Assembly: GCA_964511345.1 (NCBI GenBank)
Contig: CAZEEV010000002.1
Coordinates: forward strand, 136,863 to 200,862
Direction of reading: 5' to 3'
Source: an uncultured Pseudomonadales bacterium
GTDB lineage: Bacteria; Patescibacteriota; Microgenomatia; UBA1400; PJMF01
Length of the DNA: 64,000 bases
This document shows positions 27,978 to 37,182 of this stretch, in pieces (the first letter of the stretch is position 1; each line of letters begins with the position of its first letter). Under the pieces are notes generated by a model that saw nothing but the letters and a program-made list of their open reading frames with translations, did no database searches and was not told where the DNA came from. Made by a program: the position numbers and the translations under genes.

Positions 27978-30086
27978 ATGAAAAAAATAATTCTTTTAAT
28001 GATTGGTTTTTATTTTTCTGTTTTTCCTACACAGATTTCGGCTAAAGAATATAGTGTCGATGGTGTCAATATTCAAGCCTTTTTGAATCAAGATGGCTCA
28101 ATGAAAGTAACGGAAGAAAGACAATTTAATTTCCAAGGCGATTATCGTTTTGTTTATCAAAGTATTAGCAAGCAAGCTAAGGATAGAACAGAGCAATATG
28201 TTTTAAGTGATTTTAAACTATGCGAAAAAGGAACCACTGTCTGTTATCAAGCCTTGGAAAAAGACAAAGTTAATTTTACAGAACCAAGAAACAATCCTGA
28301 CAACACTTTTGTAGTTGAAGATCGTGGTGATCAATATTATTTGCAATGGCACTTTCAAGCCAATTATGAGGTCAAGGATTTTGTTTTGAGTTACACAGTT
28401 GAAAATGCTATTACCAAGCATGAAGACATAGCGGAGCTATATTGGCAATTTATTGGCTCAGCTTGGGAAGTGGCTAGTCAAAATATTCAGGCGACAATTT
28501 TTTTGCCTGAGCAAACTTTAGCAAGTCAATTGGATAGTATCAAGGCTTTTGGTCATGGGCCACTTAAAGCACAAATTAGCATTTCTGCTTTACCAGACCA
28601 AATAACACATTTGCATTATGTTTTATTAGAGGCTAACTCATTGCCGATGGGCAAATTTTTTGAAGGCAGAGTTCTCTTACCCAAGAATCTTTTTCTAAAA
28701 GGAGTGGTGGGCAGTGCTAATCAGGCATCTATTTTGGCAGAAGAAGAAAACTTTATTACACAAACCGTGAATCAACTCAAAAAAACTGAGCGTTTGAATA
28801 TTTTATATTTTGTTTTAGCAGTAAGTCTATTTTTTATAGGTTGTTTTTTAACTGTGACCGAACTTTTGAAATTTTTAAAATTAGGTAAGGATAAACCTCT
28901 GAAAAAATTAAGTGGAGTTTGGGAACCACCAAGCGACAGTGAGCCGGCTCTGGTTAGTCAAATTATGACGGCTACTAAAACTTTAACACCTAAAGTTTTT
29001 ACTGCCACAGTTTTAGTTCTGGTCCAAAAGAAACTTTTTAAAATTACCCGCAGCAATCAAAAAGAAGGTTTTTTCAAGAAAGAATATAAATATTTTTTGG
29101 AAAAAACTAATTATGTTGTAGCTGGCGTTGATCAAATGAGCAAAGGCACCAGGAAAGTGGAGTTACAGGCTGTAGAAAAAGAAGTTTATGAATTTTTAAC
29201 TCGCAGAATCGCCAAAACCTACCTCAAATATTTTGATGAAAAAAAACAAGAGTGGGTTGCTAGGGCGGCGCTGAGCGCCGCCCCCACAGAACAAACCAAG
29301 CGTCGCTTGGCACTAACTGATATTAGTCAATATATTAAGGCTTATCCTTCTTCTAGTTTTGAGTTTTTCAAAAGTTTAGAAAAAATTGCTTTGGAAGAAG
29401 GCTTAAATCAAGCTTATTTTGAACGAGAATCTTATGATTACGCTAAAAGTTTTTCAGCTCTGAGAGTCTTCGTGGTGCCGTTTTTCAGCTTTATTTTGTT
29501 AATTGTGATGGCCAGTATGTCTGATCGAGAGACTACCGCTAGAGCCTCATCTTTTATTGACCTTGGAATTGCTCTCGCCATTTTAAATTCAATGATTTTT
29601 TTCATTATTGGTTTGCTTTTTACTATTTTGCAACAGCACGCCCAAAAAAGAACTAAAAAAGCTTGGGAAGAAGCTAGTGCTTGGCAGGCCTTCAAGCAAC
29701 ACATGTCTGATTATAAAAAAACTAAAGAATATTCAATCGATAGCGTGATTTTATGGGAAAAATATTTAGTTTATGGCACTTTATTTGGGGTGTCGATGAA
29801 AGTATTGTCTCAATTGCCAGTGCAATTTTCACCAGGTGATCAAAAAGTTTTAGCTACTTATTGGGGAGTTTCTAACTTTGATAATTTAGGTAATTCGGCG
29901 GTTGGGGATTTAAGCGCAATTAATTTAGGATCGCTGACTGATTCGCTCAATTCTCTAGGAGGTGCTTTCGCCAATTTGACCACTTCAGCTACTAGCAGTT
30001 ATGGTGCTTCTGGTGGTGGTTCCAGTGGTGGATTTTCAGGTGGAGGAGGCGGCGGAGGCGGCGGTGGAGGCGGCGGAGCAGGTTGA
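27978..30086 (+). CDS. DUF2207-like membrane protein: signal peptide, extracellular domain, TM segments and a C-terminal poly-Gly tail.
   Basis: N-terminal signal peptide, internal hydrophobic helices, and a C-terminus SGGGSSGGFSGGGGGGGGGGGGGAG that is characteristic of the DUF2207 family. Confidence 0.6.
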   Translation: MKKIILLMIGFYFSVFPTQISAKEYSVDGVNIQAFLNQDGSMKVTEERQFNFQGDYRFVYQSISKQAKDRTEQYVLSDFKLCEKGTTVCYQALEKDKVNFTEPRNNPDNTFVVEDRGDQYYLQWHFQANYEVKDFVLSYTVENAITKHEDIAELYWQFIGSAWEVASQNIQATIFLPEQTLASQLDSIKAFGHGPLKAQISISALPDQITHLHYVLLEANSLPMGKFFEGRVLLPKNLFLKGVVGSANQASILAEEENFITQTVNQLKKTERLNILYFVLAVSLFFIGCFLTVTELLKFLKLGKDKPLKKLSGVWEPPSDSEPALVSQIMTATKTLTPKVFTATVLVLVQKKLFKITRSNQKEGFFKKEYKYFLEKTNYVVAGVDQMSKGTRKVELQAVEKEVYEFLTRRIAKTYLKYFDEKKQEWVARAALSAAPTEQTKRRLALTDISQYIKAYPSSSFEFFKSLEKIALEEGLNQAYFERESYDYAKSFSALRVFVVPFFSFILLIVMASMSDRETTARASSFIDLGIALAILNSMIFFIIGLLFTILQQHAQKRTKKAWEEASAWQAFKQHMSDYKKTKEYSIDSVILWEKYLVYGTLFGVSMKVLSQLPVQFSPGDQKVLATYWGVSNFDNLGNSAVGDLSAINLGSLTDSLNSLGGAFANLTTSATSSYGASGGGSSGGFSGGGGGGGGGGGGGAG

Positions 30087-30200
30087 TGTTTTGTTTTTTT
30101 GATTTATAATCCATTTTTGTAATGCTAAATTTTAATTTAAACAACACTACTACCACTGCTTAAAAAGCGGGGTATTTTTTGTTGTTTAAAGATGAAGAAA

Positions 30201-30226
30201 CCCCGCCAAGAGCGGGATTTTTTATT
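30201..30226 (+). terminator. Rho-independent terminator between the DUF2207 gene and thrS; a possible attenuator component.
   Basis: CCCGC-caaga-GCGGG followed by ATTTTTTATT. An upstream GCGGGG at 30167-30172 could pair with the same CCCCGC instead. Confidence 0.65.
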
Positions 30227-30301
30227 ATTAGAAGGCATACGCTTTCGCAAAATACTAAAAAAACAAGTAAAATAACAATAACTAAAACCAAGAAAGATCT
30301 T

Positions 30302-32329
30302 ATGCAAAAACCAAACGACCAATTATTCCTAATGCGTCACAGCAGCGAGCATGTCCTAACCATGGTTATGGAAAAACTTTATGGTAGTGACGAAAAAAAC
30401 AACCCAAATATTATCAAGGCCATGGGGCCAGCTATCGACGATGGTTTTTATTTTGACTTCGATATCTCCGAAAGTGCCAGAGAAAAAGGCTTAAAAATTA
30501 CTGAACAAGATTTGCCCAAACTTGAAAAAGAAATGCGCAAGCTGATTCAACAAGCTTTACCAATGGAAAGAGTAGAGGTTTCTCTTGGCGTAGCGAGACA
30601 AATTTTTGCCAATAACCCATACAAACAAGAATTACTTGATGGTTTAGAGCACGCCGAGGATTTTGAAGTGAGCGAATCAGTGAGTGATGGTAAATCGATG
30701 GTTAAACATCAGATGTTAGAAAGAAATCCGGAAAAAATTACTCTATATTTAACTGGTCGCGCTGAACAAATTGAAGCAGATAAAAAATTAATTGCTGGTT
30801 TGGAAATGATGTCTAATCATGATCAAGCTAGCATCAAATTGAGCTCTTTTGTCGATTTATGTAAAGGACCTCACGTGGCTAAAATTTCGGAAATCAAAGC
30901 TTTTAAATTACTCAGCATCGCTGGGGCTTATTGGCGAGGAGACGAGAAGAATAAAATGTTAACTCGTATTTATGGCACGGCTTTTGCTTCACAAGCAGAG
31001 CTAGATGACTTTTTGGCTAAGAAAAAAATGGCCGAGGAGCGTAATCATCGTAAAATTGGGAAAGAAATGGAGCTTTTTGCTATCATTCCAGAAATAGGGC
31101 AGGGTCTCCCAGTGTGGTTGCCAAATGGATATGCTATGCGTAGAGTCTTGGAAGATTACATGATGAAGATGGAGCGTCGTTTCGGGTACGTTCACATTTT
31201 AACCCCTCATTTAAATAAAAAAGAATTATTTGAAACATCAGGACATTTAGGTTTTTATGCAGACAGTATGTACCCAAGTATGACCTATGAGGAAAAAGAT
31301 GATTCGGGCAAAGTTGTGGCTGCTAATGAGGAGGTTTATTATCCCAAACCAATGAACTGTCCAGCCGGAATGATGGTCTACAAACTGAAAAATCATAGCT
31401 ATCGTGAGTTGCCAATTAAAATGGGCGAATTCGGCACAGTTTATCGTCGCGAAAAATCTGGTGAGCTACATGGTTTACAAAGAGTGCGCGGATTTACACA
31501 GAATGATGCTCATATTTTCTGTACACCAGAGCAATTGAAGGATCAATTCAAAGAAGTGATGAAAATGTTAGATCTTTTTTACAAAGATATGGGTTTTGAT
31601 AATTATCATTTCCGTCTTTCAATTTCAGATCCAGATAAAGAAAAATTCAAAGCCTGCGGAAAGCGCAGCGATTGGGAAAAAGCGGAAAACATCATGCGCG
31701 AAATTCTCAACGAAGCCGGAGTTGATTATGTCGAAGCCAAAGGCGAGGCGGCTTTTTACGGTCCAAAACTTGATGTTCAAGCAGTTAATGTTTTTGGTAA
31801 AGAAGATAGTATTTCAACGATTCAGGTGGACTTTAACTTACCAGAACGTTTCGATATTACTTATGTGGACGAAAAAGGCGAAAAACAACGTCCTTTTGTC
31901 ATCCATCGTGCGTTAATTGGCTCTTTTGAACGCTTTTTTGCTTTTTTAATTGAGCAACATGGTGGAGATTTCCCAGTTTGGTTTGCTCCGGTGCAGGTTA
32001 AAATCTTGCCAATTGCCGACCGTCACCTCGATTATGCGCAAAAAATTATGGAGCAATTATTGGATCAGGACGTCAGAGTAGAAATTGATGACCGCTCCGA
32101 GCGTTTGCAGGCCAAAATTCGTGCCAGTGAAGTAGCTAGAGTGCCATTAATGCTTATTATTGGCGACAGCGAAATTGAAGCCAATAAAGTTGGCATGCGA
32201 GTCCGCGGCAAAGCTCGTGAAAGAGCAGAAGAATTGATCAAAAATGGCGAATTAAAAGCAGAATTAAGTCAAAGTGGTGACTTGGGTAGTCAAAAGTTAG
32301 AAATTATTGAACTTTTTTTAAAGAAATAA
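30302..32329 (+). CDS. thrS: Threonyl-tRNA synthetase without the N-terminal TGS domain. The track ORF starts at 30179, but the conserved core starts at Met 30302.
   Basis: MRHSSEHVL...AMGPAIDDGFYFDFDI matches the second ThrRS domain. Class II core motifs follow (HRKIGKEMELF, FRLS..). Confidence 0.9.
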   Translation: MQKPNDQLFLMRHSSEHVLTMVMEKLYGSDEKNNPNIIKAMGPAIDDGFYFDFDISESAREKGLKITEQDLPKLEKEMRKLIQQALPMERVEVSLGVARQIFANNPYKQELLDGLEHAEDFEVSESVSDGKSMVKHQMLERNPEKITLYLTGRAEQIEADKKLIAGLEMMSNHDQASIKLSSFVDLCKGPHVAKISEIKAFKLLSIAGAYWRGDEKNKMLTRIYGTAFASQAELDDFLAKKKMAEERNHRKIGKEMELFAIIPEIGQGLPVWLPNGYAMRRVLEDYMMKMERRFGYVHILTPHLNKKELFETSGHLGFYADSMYPSMTYEEKDDSGKVVAANEEVYYPKPMNCPAGMMVYKLKNHSYRELPIKMGEFGTVYRREKSGELHGLQRVRGFTQNDAHIFCTPEQLKDQFKEVMKMLDLFYKDMGFDNYHFRLSISDPDKEKFKACGKRSDWEKAENIMREILNEAGVDYVEAKGEAAFYGPKLDVQAVNVFGKEDSISTIQVDFNLPERFDITYVDEKGEKQRPFVIHRALIGSFERFFAFLIEQHGGDFPVWFAPVQVKILPIADRHLDYAQKIMEQLLDQDVRVEIDDRSERLQAKIRASEVARVPLMLIIGDSEIEANKVGMRVRGKARERAEELIKNGELKAELSQSGDLGSQKLEIIELFLKK

Positions 32330-32333
32330 ATTT

Positions 32334-32771
32334 ATGACAGAAAGAGGCTTTGATTATAGTAAGCAAGCTAATGTAGTTGATATTTTAGGAATAGTAGACT
32401 TATTTGACTTAGAGAATCTAGATTATTCTTTTAATATCGAAGCTGACAAAAATGAGAAAGGGCATATCGGTTTATTTTCCTCAGAAAATATATATCCTGG
32501 AGAACACAAAAGAATTGTTAGCGTTAAAAAACAGTGTATAAAAGAAGTTGAATTTGGTGAGGGTAGGGTTATGGAGCATGATCATGGCAGTGAAGGTATA
32601 ACTGAGATTATTATTGTTGATGACAATACTGTTTACGCTGGACTTCCTGGAAAGGCATCTTTCAGTATTGGCAAATATAAAATTTATATTATTGCGCCAG
32701 GAGTGAGACACGGTAGCCAAGAAAAACCATCAAGTGGTCAATGGCTATCGGTAAAATTTAAAGATTTATAA
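32334..32771 (+). CDS. Hypothetical protein (small beta-rich, cupin-like)
   Basis: Complete 145-aa ORF that starts 5 bp after the thrS stop. Confidence 0.45.
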   Translation: MTERGFDYSKQANVVDILGIVDLFDLENLDYSFNIEADKNEKGHIGLFSSENIYPGEHKRIVSVKKQCIKEVEFGEGRVMEHDHGSEGITEIIIVDDNTVYAGLPGKASFSIGKYKIYIIAPGVRHGSQEKPSSGQWLSVKFKDL

Positions 32772-32792
32772 GTGTTATGTTTGAATATAACC

Positions 32793-32826
32793 AAAAAACC
32801 CGCTTTCTCAAGCGGGTTTTCTTTTT
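32793..32826. terminator. Bidirectional rho-independent terminator between the convergent hypothetical gene and rplA.
   Basis: AAAAAA-CCCGCTT-tctc-AAGCGGG-TTTTCTTTTT. Confidence 0.8.
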
Positions 32827-32848
32827 CATGTTTCTTTCAAAGAAGAAA

Positions 32849-33601
32849 TTATTCTTCACTGTCATCAACTAAAACTTTGATGCCTGGGCCCATACTAGGA
32901 GAAATCACTAATTTAAGGATTTTGCCTTTTAGAGCTTTAACCAAAACTTCAATGTTGGCTACCAAATCAGCGCTATTCATATCGGTTTTGCCAATAATTA
33001 AGTGCATCAAAGGAGCTTTTTTCTCGGTTTTGAGGTTAAATTTACCAGCTTCAAGTTCTTTTTTCTTGAGTTCTGGATTTGGAGTCAAAGTACCATTTTT
33101 TGGATTTGGCATTAAGCCTTTTGGTCCCAAAACTTTAGCAAATCTTGCCAATTTTGGCATAAATTCTGGATGAGCGACCAAAATATCAAAATCAAGTTTA
33201 CCAGCTTCGATGTTGCTGAGAACTTCTGCGTCAACGATGGTGACTTTAACACTTTGACCAGTAGAGTGAGGTAGAGCTAAATTGACACTATCACCAACTT
33301 CTCTAACCACGATGTGAGCTTCAACTGAGCCAACAAAACGACTGTAAGAGAGTTTTTTGACGAGTTCCACAGCTTCTTTGACTGGATAAAGTTTGCTTTT
33401 GTCCAATTTTGCACGGACGGCTTGATATTTCTTGCCACGTACTTTTTTGGCTTTAACAACCTTTTTCTCTACTTTTTCTTCTGAATTTTCTTCAGTGCCT
33501 GTTTCAGTAGAATTTTCAGAAGTAGAAGTTTCTTCTGGATTGGCGACGACTTTGACTTCAGTTTCAGTTTGAGTCATGTCGACATTTTTTTTGCTTCCCA
33601 T
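32849..33601 (-). CDS. rplA: 50S ribosomal protein L1 with an acidic N-terminal extension of about 45 aa.
   Basis: KKVRGKKYQAVRAKLDKSKLYPVKEAVELVKK... aligns with the L1 N-terminus. The N-terminal extension is Glu/Thr/Ser-rich. Confidence 0.85.
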   Translation of the reverse strand: MGSKKNVDMTQTETEVKVVANPEETSTSENSTETGTEENSEEKVEKKVVKAKKVRGKKYQAVRAKLDKSKLYPVKEAVELVKKLSYSRFVGSVEAHIVVREVGDSVNLALPHSTGQSVKVTIVDAEVLSNIEAGKLDFDILVAHPEFMPKLARFAKVLGPKGLMPNPKNGTLTPNPELKKKELEAGKFNLKTEKKAPLMHLIIGKTDMNSADLVANIEVLVKALKGKILKLVISPSMGPGIKVLVDDSEE

Positions 33602-33670
33602 ATTTTACTTTCTAGTGGTGTTAGCGGCTAGGGTAAAGTATAAGCCTCCCACTTAAATTTATTTTTATTT

Positions 33671-34093
33671 TTAGACGATATCAATGCCCATGGATTTGGC
33701 GGAACCAATGACACTTTGTACGGCGGAATCAAGGTTCTTAGTATTCATGTCTGGCATTTTTTTCTCTGCAATAGCTTTAACTTGATCCATAGTTAGTTTA
33801 GCTTTGTTATCTTTGCCAGCGGTGGCACTACCAGCTTTTAACTTCAGAGTTTGTTTGATTAAATCTGAAACTGGAGGCAACTTTAAGACAAAAGAGAAAG
33901 AATTGTTTTCGAAAACAGTAATTTCTGCTGGAATCACTTGACCTTTTTGATCAGCGGTAGCGGCATTATATTGTTTTAGAAAATCCATCATGTTAATACC
34001 GGCCTGACCTAAAATAGGACCGACTGGAGGTGCTGGGGTTGCAATACCAGCTGGTAGATTTAGTTTTAAGACTGTTTTTATTTTTTTAGCCAT
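33671..34093 (-). CDS. rplK: 50S ribosomal protein L11
   Basis: MAKKIKTVLKLNLPAGIATPAPPVGPILGQAGINMMDF is the canonical L11 N-terminus. Confidence 0.9.
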   Translation of the reverse strand: MAKKIKTVLKLNLPAGIATPAPPVGPILGQAGINMMDFLKQYNAATADQKGQVIPAEITVFENNSFSFVLKLPPVSDLIKQTLKLKAGSATAGKDNKAKLTMDQVKAIAEKKMPDMNTKNLDSAVQSVIGSAKSMGIDIV

Positions 34094-34275
34094 TCAAGTT
34101 CGCCTTTTGATTTTTCTATTCAGTTATCTCTTGAGCGAACACATTCGCTCAGGTGATAAAATGCCTCGAAAAATTAAATCGCTCCTTTCATTTATTATTT
34201 AATTTCGTTTTTTAATAACCTTCTGTGGAGAAGCTCAACATCCCTAATGTCGACCACAACGGTTTTTGTTTAATT

Positions 34276-34896
34276 TTATACTTTTTTAACCTGTAGGAAA
34301 TCTAATTCCACTGGGGTTTCGCGACCGAAGATATTAAGTAAAACGGTAACTTTGCCTTTTTCTTCGTCAATTTTATCAACACTGCCCAAGAAGTCATTAA
34401 ATGGCCCATCGACCACTTTAACAGCTTCACCGTCGACGAAATCAGCTTTGTAAGAAGCTTCGCCAGACTGTTCGGTGTACTTCATAATAGCTTCAACTTC
34501 GCTTTTTGGTAGAGGAGTTGGTTTACTGCTCATGCCGACAAAACCAGTTACACCATCGGTGGTGCGAATTGCCAACCAAGCATCGTCAGTCATTTCTAAT
34601 TTGACTAACATATATCCTGGGAAAATTTTCTCACTAACGGTCTTACGTTGACCACGACGAATTTGAATTTTATCTTGAGTAGGAATTAAAACTTGAACAA
34701 TTTTGTCAGTTAAATGCAAAGTTTGAGCACGTTGCTTGAGTGCTTCAGCGATTTTTTTCTCGTGGCCAGAGTAAACGTGAACTACATACCAACGAGCTTT
34801 TTTGTTATCTACGTCAGAAATGTTGACCAAATTAGGAGACTGAACCCTAACTTCTTGGACTTCTGGCACTTCTGGTACTTGATTTTGATCTGTCAT
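34276..34896 (-). CDS. nusG: Transcription antitermination factor NusG
   Basis: WYVVHVYSGHEKK NGN domain and a C-terminal KOW motif (GEAVKVVDGPFNDFLGSV). Confidence 0.85.
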   Translation of the reverse strand: MTDQNQVPEVPEVQEVRVQSPNLVNISDVDNKKARWYVVHVYSGHEKKIAEALKQRAQTLHLTDKIVQVLIPTQDKIQIRRGQRKTVSEKIFPGYMLVKLEMTDDAWLAIRTTDGVTGFVGMSSKPTPLPKSEVEAIMKYTEQSGEASYKADFVDGEAVKVVDGPFNDFLGSVDKIDEEKGKVTVLLNIFGRETPVELDFLQVKKV

Positions 34897-34906
34897 AGAA
34901 AAGGTA

Positions 34907-35143
34907 TTATATCAGAACTCCCATAATTTTTTGTAAGAGAAAATCTATTCCTCCTAGATACAGAGCGAGAAGGGCAGCGACGACAACTACCAGTAAAGTC
35001 ATGTTTTTAGTATTAACTTTACTTGGCCAAGTAGTCTGCTTGAGTTCAGTGATAACTTCACTAAAGTATTTTTTGATTTTATTTAACATATTGATTTGTG
35101 AACTTGCTTTCAGGATTCTATCCGCAAGTGGGCTTTTTTTCAA
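34907..35143 (-). CDS. secE: Preprotein translocase subunit SecE
   Basis: 78 aa with a single C-terminal TM helix (TLLVVVVAALLALYLGGIDFLL). Lies immediately upstream of nusG. Confidence 0.8.
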   Translation of the reverse strand: MKKSPLADRILKASSQINMLNKIKKYFSEVITELKQTTWPSKVNTKNMTLLVVVVAALLALYLGGIDFLLQKIMGVLI

Positions 35144-35154
35144 GTCAAGTTAGC

Positions 35155-37098
35155 TTAAATTTGAGTTGGTTTATCTTCTGGAATTTTAATAGTTTCTTTT
35201 GGCTCTGTTTTACTTACAGGATTTGTCCAGGGATCTTTTTTAGCTCTAGTAATCGAGATAACTATTAAAGCAACAGCGATTAATAAGATTAATCCAGCAA
35301 CTGCTAACCATTGCCAAGAAAAATTAGATAAAAATTTATTGAGGCCACTTTGTAGAACAGTTTTTGTTTCTATTGTTTTACTTGGTGTGGCAGTAGGCGT
35401 AATAGTAGTTTTTGTAATAACGCTGGCGCTGCTACTAGATTCTTGATTCGCAGTTTCTGTAGTACAAGCAATGGCTTCTGGGTTGTCAGCTAAACGACAC
35501 TTGCCTTTGTAGCAACGCATGTCAGCATCACAATCTCGATTGTTGTTACAACCCTGATTACAACCATAGGTGGTTAAATCATAGGCTTCACTTGGCAAGA
35601 GAATGGTTTTACCTGAACTATCGGTGTAGGTTTTAGTGATGTTTTGATTTGGAGAAGTAACATAGGTCGTAGTTTTCTGAGTGATCGCAGGATTTTCACA
35701 AGAGCTATTTTCTAAGTTTTGTGTATTACGGCAGCGATTCCAAAAACAGCTTAGTCCAGATTCGCAATCGTTATTATCAGCACAATACTCATTGCAACTC
35801 AGATCACTACTGCGAACGCCAGGAGTAGCTAAACAAAGACTATTGGTTGGATTTGTTTTGTTACGGCAGACGCCTTCGTAACAAGTCATGCCAGGAGCGC
35901 AACTTTTACTTTGGTCGCTGTTTTCATCACAAGCATCGTTACAATTTTTATAGACACTTTGATTGCCACTACAGTAAGTAATGTAATAACGAACGGAAGA
36001 AATATGTTGACCATCATTGTCAGTACTATATAAACGGAAGAAGTATTCAGTATTTGGCTCAAAGCTCAGGGGCCCTTTATTGCCAGTAGCATGGGTGAAA
36101 TCCTTGGCATTAACCATGATCCAATCGTCTTTGGTTTGGTCAATATTGCCTTTAACTTTTTTGTGATAGAAATCATTAAAAGTTGGGCTATCGCTAACGT
36201 CAATATAAGTAACATCTTCATATTTATCATCGTCCCAGATGATGTAAAGAGACTCGCCAGTCGAGGGTTGATTGAGACATTTGTCATTAGAATAAAGGTA
36301 AAAATATTTACTATCAGCGTTGACCACATCTTTGTCGCTGCATTTGCGACTTAATTCTTTAAGAGTTTCCTTTTCATACCAATAACACTTGTCAGGTTGA
36401 GTGGAGTAGCGTCTGGTTTGCCAACCGTTTTTACAATCACCCCAGTCAGTGTATTCGTAGTAGCATTGTGATCGGTCAATACCATTATTAGTGACGTAAT
36501 ATTGAAAATCTAAAATCGAAGGCTTTTGCAAAACATCTGCGGAGCTTTCTTGCTCAATAGCTGTACTGTCCTGACTAATTTTAATTTTCAAACTACCTTC
36601 TTTTTGAGGAGTAAAACTTAACTCGGAGATAGTTTTCATCTGATTGTAGGTATTAAAAGCAGCGTTTGCTTCTTTTTGCTCAAGTAGCAAAGTGACGGTA
36701 AAACAATTTTTTTCACATAAACTTTCAACTACTTCTTGTTTACTCACCTTAAATTCACTAGGTACGGTACCAGTGAATTCAATCTTATTTTTATCGAGCA
36801 AGCCTTTGTCAGCAATTACTTCAAAAATTAATTCCACACTTTTAATTGACTGACTTTTGGTATTAAGTTGCAAATTTATCTTTTGTTTTTCTTTAACCTT
36901 CAGAGTACTTTGATTAAAAGGATAAGTGTCTAATTCCACTAAACCACTAGAGACCATAGCTGCTTTGCGAGTATCAAAACTCATTTCAGAAACTGATTTT
37001 TTTAGGAACATTACTGCTAACAAAGCAATAGTGGTCACCAAAATAATTGAAAATAAACCAAATATAGCCAAGTTGTTTTTATTGTGACGAGTCATCAT
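35155..37098 (-). CDS. Membrane-anchored surface protein with three tandem Cys-rich modules and a C-terminal TM anchor.
   Basis: N-terminal signal anchor. Three repeats of C-N-x2-C-x-(D/N)N-x-D-C-x3-(L/M)-x-C-(Y/F)-x3-C-R. C-terminal WQWLAVAGLILLIAVALIVISITRAKK. No LPxTG motif. Confidence 0.6.
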   Translation of the reverse strand: MMTRHNKNNLAIFGLFSIILVTTIALLAVMFLKKSVSEMSFDTRKAAMVSSGLVELDTYPFNQSTLKVKEKQKINLQLNTKSQSIKSVELIFEVIADKGLLDKNKIEFTGTVPSEFKVSKQEVVESLCEKNCFTVTLLLEQKEANAAFNTYNQMKTISELSFTPQKEGSLKIKISQDSTAIEQESSADVLQKPSILDFQYYVTNNGIDRSQCYYEYTDWGDCKNGWQTRRYSTQPDKCYWYEKETLKELSRKCSDKDVVNADSKYFYLYSNDKCLNQPSTGESLYIIWDDDKYEDVTYIDVSDSPTFNDFYHKKVKGNIDQTKDDWIMVNAKDFTHATGNKGPLSFEPNTEYFFRLYSTDNDGQHISSVRYYITYCSGNQSVYKNCNDACDENSDQSKSCAPGMTCYEGVCRNKTNPTNSLCLATPGVRSSDLSCNEYCADNNDCESGLSCFWNRCRNTQNLENSSCENPAITQKTTTYVTSPNQNITKTYTDSSGKTILLPSEAYDLTTYGCNQGCNNNRDCDADMRCYKGKCRLADNPEAIACTTETANQESSSSASVITKTTITPTATPSKTIETKTVLQSGLNKFLSNFSWQWLAVAGLILLIAVALIVISITRAKKDPWTNPVSKTEPKETIKIPEDKPTQI

Positions 37099-37182
37099 CT
37101 AAGCATAGCGCTTTTCTCACTCTTGGGTCAAGTGCGCGTTGTGTTATACTTTTAGAGCTCTTAATAGAAAGGGAATTTTTTT

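Noticed and set aside
30179-30301. 5' extension of thrS to 30179
   Set aside because: The extension covers the terminator hairpin region and has no ThrRS similarity. Homology begins at Met 30302.
32772-33173. Track ORF 32772..33173 (+), 133 aa
   Set aside because: It is antisense to rplA and starts inside the bidirectional terminator.
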